A stretch of DNA of 64,000 nt from Octopus sinensis (Eukaryota): the NCBI RefSeq assembly GCF_006345805.1, contig NC_042999.1:42594001-42658000 (forward strand). Reading direction: 5' to 3'. The position numbers and the translations under genes were made by a program. Positions 1 through 13,451 of this stretch are shown piece by piece. The notes below the pieces were generated by a model. That model was not told where the DNA came from. It did no database searches and saw nothing but the letters and a program-made list of their open reading frames with translations. The first letter of the stretch is position 1; every line of letters begins with the position of its first letter.

Positions 1-744
1 GTGAAGCTGATAGATAGAAACTGTGTACAAGCTCATCATGATCATCATCATTCACATTTAATGTCCATCTTCCATGTTGGCATGGGTTGGACAGTTTGAC
101 AGGAGCTGGCCAGTTGAAGAGCTTCCCAGGCTCCATGTCTATTTTGGTAAGGTTTCTACAGCTGGATGCCCTTCCTAATGCCATAACATCTATATTTATG
201 TATGTGTGAGTCTTTGTGTTTGTTTTTGTCTCTCCCATCTCAGCACTTGAAAACAAGTGGTGGTTTGTTTTCATCCCTGTGGCTTAAAGGTTCTACAAAA
301 GTGGCTGAAAGAAGAAGCACTGGGCTTAAAAAATAAATAAGTACTTGGGGGTTGATTTTGTTTAACTAAAACCCTTCAAGGCATTGCCCCATCATGGCCA
401 CAGTCTAATGACTGAAGAAAGCAAAAGTAACAAAGTAAAGCATAAAGCCAAAATCAGAATCAAAAGTATCCCTAATAAGGTAAAATTAAACCAATCAGCT
501 TCCCCCACACCACTGTTTGGGAGCCTCCCAGCCCCTACACACCATCCCTGAACACTATATAAGCTTTCTGCTCACAAACACTTTATCAACTGATAAAGTG
601 TTAGGAGGCAGAATTTATTGACCCCCGAAAGGATGAAAGGCAAAGTTAACCTCAGCAGAATTTGAACTCAGAACAAAAAGACAGATGGAATGCCATTAAG
701 CATTTTGCCCAGCATGCTAACAATTCTGCCTGCTCACTGGCTTG

Positions 745-777
<33 letters not shown>

Positions 778-1612
778 TATTTATGTATAACATATATGTA
801 TGTATAAATAGCCAGATAAGTACAGATAGATCTATATTTGTCTATATGCGCATGCACACTTACACTCACACACACACACACACATGTACACAGACGCATA
901 CACACTCAAATAGGTACACACATATCATCATCATTTTTAAGCCCACTTTTCCATATTCGCATGAGATGGATGGAATTTTGATGAGGAAGATTTTCTACAG
1001 GTGGACGCTCTTCCTCTCCTCAACCCTTGCCCAATTCTAAGAAAGGTAATAGTTTCTCCATAACTGCATAATGTTTTCACAGTAGATTGAAAATGAGAGA
1101 CATCATTTGCATGTACTGTGTGCTGCCGAACCCAAGAGACAGCAACATGCATGCACAGGCACACACACACACACACACAAGATGGGCTTTTTTCAACTTA
1201 CATCTGCCAAATCTATTCAGAAGGCTCCAGTTGGCCTGGGGTTATAGCAGAAGATGCTTGCCTAAAGTGCCACACAGTGGGACAGAACCCAGAACCATGT
1301 GGTTGGGAAGCAAACTTCTCACTACATAGCCATGCCTGTAGAAAATTCTTGTGTTAGCGTATAGATGGGTGTGTGCATATAAATGTGTGTGTTTCAAAAA
1401 TTTTACAAAAACATTACAAACTGAAAATTCATACCATATTCCTCATCAAATTTCGGGCCTTTAACATTGAAATTGTTCACTTTTGGTGTTGCCTGTGGCA
1501 GAAAGCCACTGGGAATAGCTAACAAATATGTGTGTTTGTGTGTGTATATATATATATGTATATATATAGATATATATATGGGTGTGTGTGATTGTGTATA
1601 GAAGAATATATT

Positions 1613-1932
1613 AATAAAAGGAATTCCAACCTTGTCTGATTTTCACGTTTGATTTACAATCTTATAATGATATAATATAAGATAATATAATATAATAGAA
1701 TAAAATAAAATAATTTTTGACTGTCAAAAATTGTGAAGCATGACTGTCACCGCTACTACATGAACCTGAAGATTGCATAATTTAATGCATGAAAGTACTA
1801 GTTCAATCAGAATGAACATTTAACATTCTACTATTTTATTTTATTCTATTATATTATATTATCTTATATTATATCATTATAAGATTGTAAATAAAACGTT
1901 AAAAATCAGACAAGGTTGGAATTCCTTTTATT
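1613..1932. mobile_element. Foldback/MITE-like element with ~100-bp terminal inverted repeats
   Basis: Arm 1613-1712 (aataaaaggaattccaaccttgtctgatt...) is the near-perfect reverse complement of 1832-1932. Spacer ~120 bp, set in TA microsatellite. Confidence 0.75.
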
Positions 1933-1933
1933 T

Positions 1934-1934
1934 G

Positions 1935-1980
<46 letters not shown>

Positions 1981-2221
1981 ATATATATATACACACACAT
2001 ATATATATATGTATATATATATATACACACAACATATATATATATGTATATATATATTATATACAACATACATATATATAATATATATATATATATAAAT
2101 ATATCTATTACATATATATATATACACGTAACATATATATATATATATAATATATATATAATATATATTATATATATATACATATATTATATACATATAT
2201 ATGTATATATATGTATGTATG

Positions 2222-2253
<32 letters not shown>

Positions 2254-2292
2254 TGTATGTATATATATATATGTATATAATATATGTATGTG

Positions 2293-2327
<35 letters not shown>

Positions 2328-2394
2328 TATGTATAACTATATATATATATATGTATGTATATATATAATATATACATATATATATATACATATA

Positions 2395-2448
<54 letters not shown>
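1934..2448. repeat. Long degenerate (TA)n/(TACA)n microsatellite
   Basis: Visible directly; one of dozens of similar tracts (e.g. 28047-28490, 28970-29480). Confidence 0.95.
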
Positions 2449-3116
2449 GAAAGTGTTCTATTTAAAAACTGCTACAAATTGGTTAGTTTAAAAGATGCTG
2501 TTTACCTAACCAGCTTCTTATTTAGTGATTTCCTTCGGAAAAACAGTGATATTGCACAAACAAATTAAAATTATTCTTACTATATATGGTATCATTATAG
2601 ATAATTTAAAAAAATTTAATCTTTGCAATCAATAAAGTAAGTATTTACATTTTGGATTAATGTATTTAATATCCTTCCATAGCTAATGTTGGCACTAAAT
2701 CAATAGGACCTATGCCGTCCAGTACAGCTGCTGTACATTCTGTTATTATTTTGGTTGTTTTAGTTATCAGAGAATAGTCATTCTGGTGCAATGCATCAAA
2801 GAGTATAGTCAAATCCAGTACTTAACATTTATATCTGAAAATTAGTCTGTGGATCTGTTTCTGCCAAGCTGATAACTTACAGAGGATGTAAACAACCAAT
2901 AATACTAGTTGTCAAGTGAAGTCTCGGTCACAGCTGGTGCCGGTGACTCATGAAAGACACCCAGGGCACTTTGTTAAATGGTTGGCATTAGGAAGGGTAT
3001 CCAGTCATATATAGCAAACCGAAACAAACAAACTGGAGCCTGGCACAGCTCTCCAGCTTGCCAGTTCTGGTGAAAAATCCATCTAACCCATGTGAGCATG
3101 GAAAACAAATGGTAAA

Positions 3117-3134
3117 TGATGAAGATGATGATGA

Positions 3135-3169
<35 letters not shown>

Positions 3170-3400
3170 ATCATGATGCTCATGATAATGACGATAAAAA
3201 TGATGATTATGATGATGACAATGATGATGACAACAATGATGACAATGATGATGACAACGATGATGACGATGATGATGGTAATAACGATGGTGATGACAAC
3301 AATGACAACAAAAACAATGTTGATGATGACAATGATGATGACAACGGTGATGACAATGACAACGAGGATGATGATGGTGATGATGATGATGACAATGATA
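3117..3400. repeat. Degenerate (GAT/GAC/AAC)n trinucleotide expansion at an old RTE 3' tail
   Basis: Follows an RTE-tail-like segment (2975-3116) and produces spurious poly-Asp, poly-Met and poly-Ile ORFs. Confidence 0.85.
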
Positions 3401-4038
3401 ATATATATAAATGCTTGTTTATCCATCAAAGTGATGAGGACCATCAAGTCATCCTTAAGGAGGAATGATGACTTGGCATGGTAACTTTGATGAAAGTGTA
3501 AAAGAGTTGCACACCGCCAACCTCACGCTCTTGTCTTTAACCCTCTTCTATTCTGGAGCAAAACCAGGTAAAGACAACTAAAGACAGAGGCTGATTCATT
3601 CAATGACCAAGACATCTTACTTGCCTCATCTTGATCCCTGCACTCCACAATGCATTGCTGCAGTCACCTTTCTCTCTGTTGAGCACTGAATGTTTCTTTC
3701 TCAGAGTCCGTTGGATCCAGTCCTCACGTGTATAGGTAGTCAAGCCTTCACATGCTAATTAACTCATGGCAGGGACCCTGACAGGTTCTACAACACCGGG
3801 TCATAGTAAACCTGAGAACAATAGTGGTCAAGAAATGGTCCTACTCTCCTCAACACTCTGGACCTCCCAAACCAGGACCCCACTATAAAATGCAGGACAC
3901 AGTGAAACATAAAAAGAAAAAAACATTCACACACACAAATCCCTACACATTTTTCTTTTGTTCTTCCTTTATTTTGTTCCTCTCAATCCTTTCTGTCAAG
4001 CTCAGAATGTCAAAGACTTTTCCATTTTTTCTGAGCAT

Positions 4039-4072
<34 letters not shown>

Positions 4073-4708
4073 TACACAAACAACAGGTTTCGTTCAGTTT
4101 CCATCTTCCCAATCCACACACAAGGTATTGGTCAGCTTGGGGCTATAATGAAAGACATTAGCCCAAGGGGCCAAGCAGTGGAACTGAACCCAGGACCATG
4201 AGGGTGAGAAGCTATCTTCTTACCAAACAGTCAAGGCCACACTGTACATGTACAATAATAAAAAAAATTTCTATAGTCTCACCAACATTCTTTTTCAATA
4301 AAAGATGGCAGAAGCAAAGAAAACTGCTGGAATGAGGCCTTAATTAATTAGCAAGGAAAGACAAACAGAAGAAATTCTGTAATTATGGCTGGAGATGAAA
4401 AGGTTCCTTTACAACTATATGATTCTAGGTTTGATCTTGGTGTGCAGCAGCCTGGATATTTCATTACTAGCTCTACTAATTAAGTGAAGATGCATGGCTC
4501 AGTGGTTAGAGTGTCAGGCTCACAATCATGAGGGCCAGTCTGGTGGTACTGGCAATGGCCAAGCTTGAAATGGTGTTTTTTACATGCCACCTGCACAGGA
4601 ATCAGTCCAGCAGCACTGGCAACTATCTCGCTCAAATGTTTTGTTCCCGTGCCAGTAAGGCGACGCTGGTAACGATCACGCTCAAATGGTGCTTTTAATA
4701 ATAATAAT

Positions 4709-5105
4709 GATAGACAAACAAGAATGCCTAATAATTGACGTGGAAGTGCCAGGAGATCAACATATCATCATGAAAGAAAGAGAAAAGTTTGATAAATATG
4801 GAGTCCTGAGAATTGAGATTGCTAAGATGTGACAGCCACAAGAGTTGAACATAAAGGTTATCCCTACTGTCATTGGAGCATTGGGTTCAATACCACCCAA
4901 TCTGAAAAAAACATCTGAAAACTTTAGAAATACCCTACAATCTAGGTGTTTTCAAAAGTTGGCATTACTTCGAACTGCATGCAAGAATAGCATAAAGTAC
5001 TGTCTGTCTGAGGTCCTTGTTGTGAATTGCCAAACAGTACAAACCCCAGGTAGGTACAAAATTTTCAATCAACAATCTCACAATATAGTATGCTGTGCAA
5101 TGTCT
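4709..5105 (+). mobile_element. R4/Dong-like non-LTR retrotransposon 3' fragment (restriction-like endonuclease region)
   Basis: IDKQECLIIDVEVPGDQHIIMKEREKFDKYGVLRIEIAKM*QPQELNIKVIPTVIGALGSIP resembles RLE C-termini (IIDVxVP, EKxxKY, VIGALG). Flanked by (AAT)n on both sides. Confidence 0.7.
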
Positions 5106-5123
5106 ATAATAATAATAATAATA

Positions 5124-5455
5124 AGAGACTATGGAAAGTGCAAGCAAAATGTTTCCCAGTATTTATAGACGCATTGGAAATTATCCCTAAAGATCTGAGC
5201 AGATGGATAGAAGAAATAGGTATAAAACCCAGTTTAGTACAGCTGCAGGAAACAGTGTTATTAGGGACAGCTAGAATACTTAGGAGGGTTCTTGGCATCT
5301 AAGTTTATTTGCTGTAACCCAATAGGAGGGTTCTTGGCATCTAAGTTTATTTGCTGTAACCCAATAGGAGGGTTCTTGGCATCTAAGGCGAATTGTAGCA
5401 CGATGTTAAGATTCTTTTCTTTTCCAACAGTCTAATCTGTTGAGCGTATATGAAT
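5124..5455 (+). mobile_element. Second, different R4/Dong-like 3' fragment
   Basis: RLWKVQAKCFPVFIDALEIIPKDLSRWIEEIGIKPSLVQLQETVLLGTARILRRVLGI* has a typical LQKxVLLGTARILRRVL-type end. Preceded and followed by (AAT)n. Confidence 0.7.
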
Positions 5456-5498
5456 AATAATTATGATAATAATAATAATTATAATAATAATAAAAATG

Positions 5499-5529
<31 letters not shown>

Positions 5530-6100
5530 TAAAAATAATAATTATTATTATTAGTAGTATTGTTGTTGTTTTTGTTATTATTATTATATAAATATTTGCT
5601 TATACTGTTTTCTTTTCACTTCTCATGTTTCATCACATGCATTCTCTATTTATTTATTTATTTGTTTATTTACTTATCGTTTGTTTATTCATCAAGGCTG
5701 TTTTTCTTCATCTTACATTAAATAATGCTTTTTCTTCCCCCTTTAGCACATATTTACTAATTTTTGTTTGCAGTGCATTGTTTTATGAGTTCTTATGAAT
5801 CAACTTTGGTTTGTATGCTCATTTGCACTATATACATAAGCATGTGTGTGAGATTGTGTGCGTGTGTGTGTGCATGCACACACACACGCACACACACACA
5901 CAAACATATATAAGTATGTATGTATTACGTCTGGGGAGAGTCATAATGTCTTCATGCTTTATTATCCAACACACTCACCAGTTCGATTTCCATTCATTTA
6001 TATTTTTGCTTCTAAAACTTTTCATTGCTTTTGCAACCTTGTCAACGGATGTTGACTCTTTCTCACTCTCTCTCTCCATATATATATATATATATATATA

Positions 6101-6262
6101 CTTTATTTAAAAGCAGCAGAAATTCAACAAAACCTGTTACTTGGAGTTTCACGTTCCCGTTAGTTGAATTTCTGCTGCTTTTAAATAAAGCATATCACTC
6201 TACCCCTGGTATTTGAGTACTCTTTTTTTCCACCTTGTTTCACATTTATGTGTTTACTCCGG
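6101..6262. mobile_element. Penelope-like remnant: perfect 28-bp inverted repeat enclosing a half hammerhead
   Basis: 6101-6128 is the exact reverse complement of 6163-6190. The loop reads ACG-GGAA-CGT-GAAAC-tccaa-GTA-acagg on the minus strand. Flanked by (TA)n. Confidence 0.55.
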
Positions 6263-6271
6263 TATATATAT

Positions 6272-6317
<46 letters not shown>

Positions 6318-6604
6318 CATCATCATCATCGTCTAACGTCCGTTTTCCATGCTAGCATGGGTTGGACGGTTCAACCGGGGTCTGGGAAGCCAGGAGGCTG
6401 CACCAGGCTCCAGTCTGATCTGGCAGTGTTTCTACAGCTGGATGCCCTTCCTAATGCCAACCACTCCGTGAGTGTAGTGGGTGCTCTTTACGTGCCACTG
6501 GCACAGGTGCCAGGGGAGGCTGGCAGCACCCACAATCGGTTGGTGCTTTTTACGTGCCACCAGCATGGAAGCCAGTCATGGTACTGGCATCGGCCACGTT
6601 CGGA
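6318..6604 (-). mobile_element. RTE LINE 3'-UTR fragment
   Basis: (CAT)n followed by cgtctaacgtccgttttccatgctagcatgggttgg, matching the 3' end of the ORF-bearing RTE at 54374-56101. Confidence 0.85.
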
Positions 6605-7380
6605 TATATATACATATATATATATAGCATTTTGGAGGAAATGCTTAGTGGTATTTCGCCTGTCGCTACGTTCTGAGTTCAAATTCTGCCAAGGTCAACT
6701 TCACCTTTCATCTTTTCAGGGTCAATAAATTAAGTGCCAGTCAAGTACTGGGATCGATGTAATCAACTATCCTCCTCCCCACAAATTCCAGGCCTTGTGC
6801 CTATAGTAGCAATGATTATTACTCATATAAGATACTAAGATATTACTTGTTATCTGCAAGTAATAGATGCATTCCATTAAACTCAGCCCATAAACTCAAA
6901 ATAAAGACACATTCATTCATTCTGAAGGTATTTACTTTTCCAAAGTCAATAGCCACTATAATATCAGCAAAGTTATGTGTAGCAGCGTACACTACACCAA
7001 CTTCATGGTATGTCTATTGAATATCTTATTATATCTGTTAATAGAGGGAAAGTGTTTAATGCCTTAAAGACTATTTTTCGGATATCTGTGGATGAATTCC
7101 AAATGGAGCATTGTGTGTGTGTGCACATGCATGCTCACACACATTGTTCATTTGTAGACAGGTTCAGTAAATGAAAGCACTCAATACATTTGAGAGGTGT
7201 GAATATTTTCTTTGTAGTATAAGACTAAGGCTTGCCAAATATCTTTTTCTAACATGAAATTTTAGTTGTTGCGAACAAACTCTTAAGATATGGTATATAA
7301 AGTATCCTTGTTTGTAAATATCTGTGTGTGTATGCATGTGTGTATATATATACATATATATATATACACACACACATGTG

Positions 7381-7427
<47 letters not shown>

Positions 7428-7460
7428 TATAATTAATATATAGATATTATGCATTACATT

Positions 7461-7507
<47 letters not shown>

Positions 7508-8253
7508 TACATATACATCATCTTAATCCTCATTTTTGTATATATGTATAGACATGTATACATATACCAATATAATATATATATACATATATGCACAAAT
7601 ATATGTGCATGTATATATAAACAAACAGATATATATAGATAGACACACAGTCACACACACATATTTATACAAAGATAGATTTTCATAGATAAAATAGATA
7701 TAAATTTATATATAAATATATTTATTTTATAATGTATTAACATACATTTTTTTTTTCTTTTTATTTATTTATTTATTATTTTTTTTTTTTTTTTGCTTTC
7801 AACTATTATGAATTATTTGACTTATTCCTCATTTTTCTCCACTCCTCAGTAAGAAATATTTTCTTTTAGCAATCCTTCAAGAGATAATTCCATCATTTTT
7901 TACGTCATTTCATCTTTTAATATTTTTTTTCGATTTTTATGAATTTAATAATTTTTTTTTTTTGTTTTTAAAGTTAAACTCAAAGGAAGTGCAAATTTTC
8001 TTTTCTGCATTCTTTTTTTTTTTTTTTTCTAACTTGCCTTTGTTATTATGAAATAATAAGCAGCATGACAGAGAGAAGAGTATGATTACACATACGAAAA
8101 TTGGCTTTGTGCATACGGAAAGATGGATATTTCTGGAAAGAACTTTTCATAACCAACCAAGGAAGAAAGAAACTAACAAACATACCTCTCTAACACTCCC
8201 CTCCTCAACGCAGATCTTTTATTTCTGATTTTCATCAAGTCATAATATATACA

Positions 8254-8288
<35 letters not shown>

Positions 8289-8372
8289 ATGCATGCATAT
8301 GTGTGTTACACATACACACACACACACACATACCTATATATATGTCTATATAAATATACCTATATATATGTC

Positions 8373-8403
<31 letters not shown>

Positions 8404-8434
8404 TATATCTATTTATATATGTATATATATATAT

Positions 8435-8480
<46 letters not shown>

Positions 8481-8773
8481 AGAGAAAGATACATATGTAT
8501 ACACACACACACACACATACTTATATAGGTATTATTAAGTTTATTTGATGACACAGACTTCAAAAATTTTCATTTATTTTATTGTATCGTTTTGTTTTTG
8601 TTCAATATCTTATTTATACATTAATATTTTATTGAAGTTTTTTATTGTTGCTATATTTTTATATGCGGAGAGATTCGTTTTTATTGCTTTTTTAATAAAC
8701 TTTGATTTTGAACTATTATAATATTTATATATAGATATATAAATATTTATATATGTGTGTGTGTGTGAATTTA

Positions 8774-8808
<35 letters not shown>

Positions 8809-9079
8809 ACACACAAAAAAAGAAATTGATATTTTTCAAAAAATATGATGTATAAAACTTAGCTAAAATTACAGCTAATATTTGCTAAGTTTGGAATTTA
8901 CACACACGCACATACACAACACAAGTATACGTGTGCACACACACACTCTTTCTCTCTTCTCACCTCTATACACAGATACATAGGTATATGTGAATATATG
9001 TTTGCATACATGTGTGTGTGTATATATATATATTTTTACATATATATATACACACACACGCATATATATATATATATAT

Positions 9080-9116
<37 letters not shown>

Positions 9117-9194
9117 CAGATAGATAGATGGAGAGAGAGAAAGATACATTCATATAAATATATAAATATATATATATATGTGTATGTGTGTGTT

Positions 9195-9236
<42 letters not shown>

Positions 9237-9784
9237 ATATATATATACATACATATATACACATACACAGACAGACAGACAGACAGGGACTTATATTTAT
9301 TTATGCTCATATACATAAAAAAATATAAATCCTGACTTTATTATAGTCCATTGTTATTGTTCATGTTGTAGACATTGAATAATTAACTCACTGATACAAG
9401 GAGAACAATGCCAGAACAATAGTCACAGAGAGCGGTGGACAACAACCAAGAAGAAAACAAAATGGATAAAAAAAAAATATAATTAAACAGAACAAAAGCA
9501 CTGCCAGTCATTCCTGTTAATGGAATTAGAAAAGGGTAAAATCACAGCAAACAGAGATTGTGACATTTTGTTTAAATTTTTTGCGGATAGTATTTCATTT
9601 TAACAATACTGTTGATCATGGATCCTCTATCAATATCATTGAACCACGTTCTCATTACATTGAGGTGAAAGTGGCTGAGTATTCCATAGACACATGTAAC
9701 TGGCCCTCCATCGGTTACAACGACAAGGGTTACAGTTGATCCGATCAATGGAACAGCCTGCTTGTGAAATTAATGTGCAAGTGG

Positions 9785-10184
9785 TGTAGGAGTGGATGTG
9801 TGGTAAGTAGCTTGCTTACCAGCCACATGGTTCTGGGTTCAGTCCCACTGCGTGGCACCTTGGGCAAGTGTCTTCTACTATAGCCTTGGGCCGACCAAAG
9901 CCTCGTGAATGGATTTGGTAGACGGAAACTGAAAGAAGACTGTCATGTGTATATATCTATATATATATATGTATGTGTTTGTGTGAATGTGCTTTGTCCA
10001 CCCCAACATCACTTGACAACCGATGCTGGTGTGTTTACATCTCCGTAACTTAGCAGTTCGGTAAAAAAGACCGATAGAATAAGTACTAGGCTAACAAAGA
10101 ATAAGTCCTGAGGTCGATTTGCTCGACTAAAGGCGGTGCTCCAGCATGGCCACAGTCAAATGACTTAAACAAGTAAAAGAGTAA
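9785..10184 (+). mobile_element. SINE family A (~400 bp, tRNA-like head, internal TA/TG microsatellite, GAGTAAAA tail), inserted in another SINE
   Basis: Head gtaggagtggatgtgtggtaagtagcttgc...ggttcagtccc. More than 15 recognisable copies in the window. Confidence 0.85.
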
Positions 10185-11043
10185 GTGGATGAGCACTCTA
10201 CAGACACATGTACCCTTAATGAAGTTCTCAAGGAGAGTCAGCGTGACACAGTGTGACACGGCTAGCCCTTTGAAATACAGGTACAACTCATTTTTGTCGG
10301 CTGAGTGAACTGGATCAACATGAAATAAAGTGTCTTGCTCAAGGTCACAATGCAGCACCGGGAATTGAACTCATGATCTTATGAGTGTGAACTGACTACC
10401 CTAACCACTAAGCCTCACATGTACTGTTAACATAATTCCCAGACTGAATCAGTATGACAAAGGATGGAACATCTATTTTTTTTCCTTCTTGTAGTCAGGA
10501 GGGGTGGCAGTACCCATAATCCTTCAAGGATGACAGTGACTTGTAAGAAGGGAGCAAGGAATGTATCCTTAAGCTGAAGACCTGACTCAAATCCTTATAA
10601 CAGTGTGGACTCCACTAAAGGTACACAAAGTGCCAGATAATGGTGTTAGATTGGGTGACAGACTAAGTTGCCTCCACTCCCCACCCAGTCACATCTTCAC
10701 TATTCTCTCTCTCTCTCTTTCTCACTCTCCTCTCTCTCACCCTCCTCTTTCTAACTCTCTTCTCTCTCTCCCCACTCAAGGTAATCATGTTGCCTCTCTA
10801 ATACAAGACTCTTTTATCTGTTCCTCATTACTACTCTAAACCTCAGTTGAAGGGGTGTTGTCTTGCAAGCTAGTTAGTGACCTTGCTGCTACTGGTGCCA
10901 CATAAAAAGCATCCTGTAAAGTGGTTGGCATTAGGATGGGCATCCATCTGTAGAAACCATGCCAAAGCGGCCAGCGGGGATTGGTGCAGTCTTCTGGTTT
11001 GCTGGTTCCTGATGAACCATTCAATCCATGTTAGCATGGAAAA

Positions 11044-11075
<32 letters not shown>

Positions 11076-11896
11076 GGTGGTGGTGATGACGATGAAGGTG
11101 ACAAAAACATACCACGGTGTGATATGAACTGATAAAGCAAATAGTCAGAACAAATATCACAAAGCATTCAGCCCATGACCTTACATATCATCATCATCAT
11201 CATTATTTAACATCTGTTTTCCATGCTGTTGTGGGTTGAATGGTTTGACAGGATCCAGCAAGCTGCTAACTGTGCCAAGTTCCAGGGTCAGTTTTGGTAT
11301 GGTTTCCACTGCAGGATGTCCTTCATAAAACCAATCACAATACATATATATATATATATATATCAATCTACTGCCCTAGATCTGTATTTTTTTTACTCTG
11401 AAAGGATAAAAGGTGAAGTTGACCTCAAAGAGATTTGAACTCAGAGAGCAGAGACTTGAAACATATACCACATAGTGTCCTGTCCAGTACTCTGTCAATT
11501 CACAACATATGATGCTGGTACAGTCTATCTGACAGGTTTCCACAAGGTCCATTTCTTGTTGCAGTGTAGTGACTTTATGCCTCAATGGTCCTGAGAGCCA
11601 TGCCAGTGGAGTTCAAGCTCCTGGTAGGGTCTGCCATGCTGAACAGATCAGAGGATTGAGACCAAATCAATACGGGTCATCTCTTCACAAAAGTAAAATA
11701 GGGTTTGCTTAGGGCCAACACCCCCTACCAAGAAAACAACAGTCACAGAATTATTGAATGTAATTCAAAACCAACAAGAGCTGAGAGAGGAAGACCATCT
11801 CCCAAGTAAATACAGGATGCAGTGCAGCAAAATCTGAAAGGATACTGAGGCAGAGGTTGATAAAGTAGGGATCCAACTGGACAGATGTGTAGGTAT

Positions 11897-12570
11897 ATAG
11901 CTCAGTGGTTAGAGCGTTGGGCTCATAATCATGAGGTAGTGAGTTCGATTCCTGGATCAGGCTGTGTTGTGTTCTTGGGCAAGACATTTTATTTTGCATT
12001 GTTCCAGTTCATTCAGCTGTAGAAATAAGTTACAATGTCACTGGTGCCAAGCTGTATTGGCCTTTGCCTTTCCCTTGGGTAGCATCAGTGGTGTGGAGAG
12101 GGGAGACTGATATGCATGGGTGACTGCTGGTCTTCTATAGACAACCTTGCCCAGTTGTTTATGCCACTGAGGGGAACATTCTAGGTACAATCTCATGGTC
12201 ATTCATGACCGAAGGGAGTCTTTACACACATACATATATATAGATGCATAGTTCAGTGGTTAGAACATCAGGCTGACAATCATGAGGTAGTGAGATCAAT
12301 TCCCAGACCAGCTTGTGTTTTGTGATCTTGAGCAAGACACTTTATTTCATGTTGCACCAGTTCACCCAGCTGTAGAAATGAGTTACAATGTCACTGGTGC
12401 CAAGCTGTATAAGCCTTTGCCTTTCCCTTGGATAACATCGGTGGTGTGGAGAAGGGAGGATGGTATGCATGGGCAACTGCTGGTCTTCCATAAATAACCT
12501 TGCCCAGACTTGTGCCTCGAAGGATAACTTTTTAGGTCTAATTTCATAGTCATTCATGACTGAAGGGGTT
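11897..12570 (+). mobile_element. Tandem pair of SINE family C (tRNA head plus tcttgagcaagacactttatt core)
   Basis: Two ~325-bp similar units (11897-12222, 12245-12570) with A/B-box-like agctcagtgg and gagttcgattcc. A reverse copy lies at ~47830-48160. Confidence 0.8.
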
Positions 12571-13451
12571 CTCAGTCAACTGGAGCAATGCAGGAAAGGG
12601 AGCCCAAAGTTGAGAGCAGTGGAGAAAAGTCATTGAAGAAGTAACAATCTATTTAACCACATAAATGCTTCACTATCAACTAGAAGGGGTCAATGCTGAA
12701 CCTTTCAGTATTTATATCCTTTGCATTTCTGTGCTATCAGGTCAAGGAATGATTCTCTAAGAAACTCTTTCATCATCAGCATTTAGTGTCTGCTTTCCAT
12801 GCTGGTATGAGTTAGAGGGTTTGAGTGAAACTGTTAAGCTGGAGGGCAACAACGGTTCCAATCTGATTTGGCATAGTTTCTACAGCTAGATACCCTTCCT
12901 AATGCCAACCACTCCAAAAGTGTAATGGGTGCATTTTACATGCCAGTTATGTGACACTGGCATCAGCCATGACTATAATTTCACTTGGCTTGATGGGTCT
13001 CCTCAAGTACAACATATTGTCAAAGGTCTAAGTCACTTTGCCATGTAATTTTTATGGGAGGATATAAAAGAGGTTTCTGGTTGCTAACTTTTGGGTATTT
13101 ATTTACGAGTAGCCATCTTGTTTGCTGAATGCAGGCAAGCTCACTGCACACATCTGAGCCCTCAGAAAGTAAAAAGTCAGAACAAAAGCCTCCAAACATT
13201 TTATCCAACACTCTAAAGTTCCCATCGATCCACAGAATCAATAATAACGATAGAAAAAATGTAAAACAAAAACAGAAGTTAGAATTGAAACTCAAATTAA
13301 AATTCAATAAAGTAACTGAAACTTAAATTCATTTTTTTTTTTCATAAATTTCAATAAATATTATCTTTAAACCAAATTGTTTTTTTTTTTTTATCAGAAT
13401 CAGATTTCAATTACATATCTTTTCTTCAACATGATTTTGCTTTCAGTTCTA

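Noticed and set aside
2974-3484. Poly-Asp, poly-Met and poly-Ile ORFs
   Set aside because: Translations of a (GAT)n expansion that is open in several frames, with no splice or domain support. The same applies to 49405-49840.
11560-11750. Possible LINE 5' UTR with an HDV-like ribozyme
   Set aside because: Only a vague resemblance; I could not build the nested double pseudoknot by eye.
11897-11970. Possible tRNA gene (also other SINE heads and 13497-13570)
   Set aside because: A/B boxes are present but no proper acceptor stem was seen, and the sequence runs on into a repeat body.
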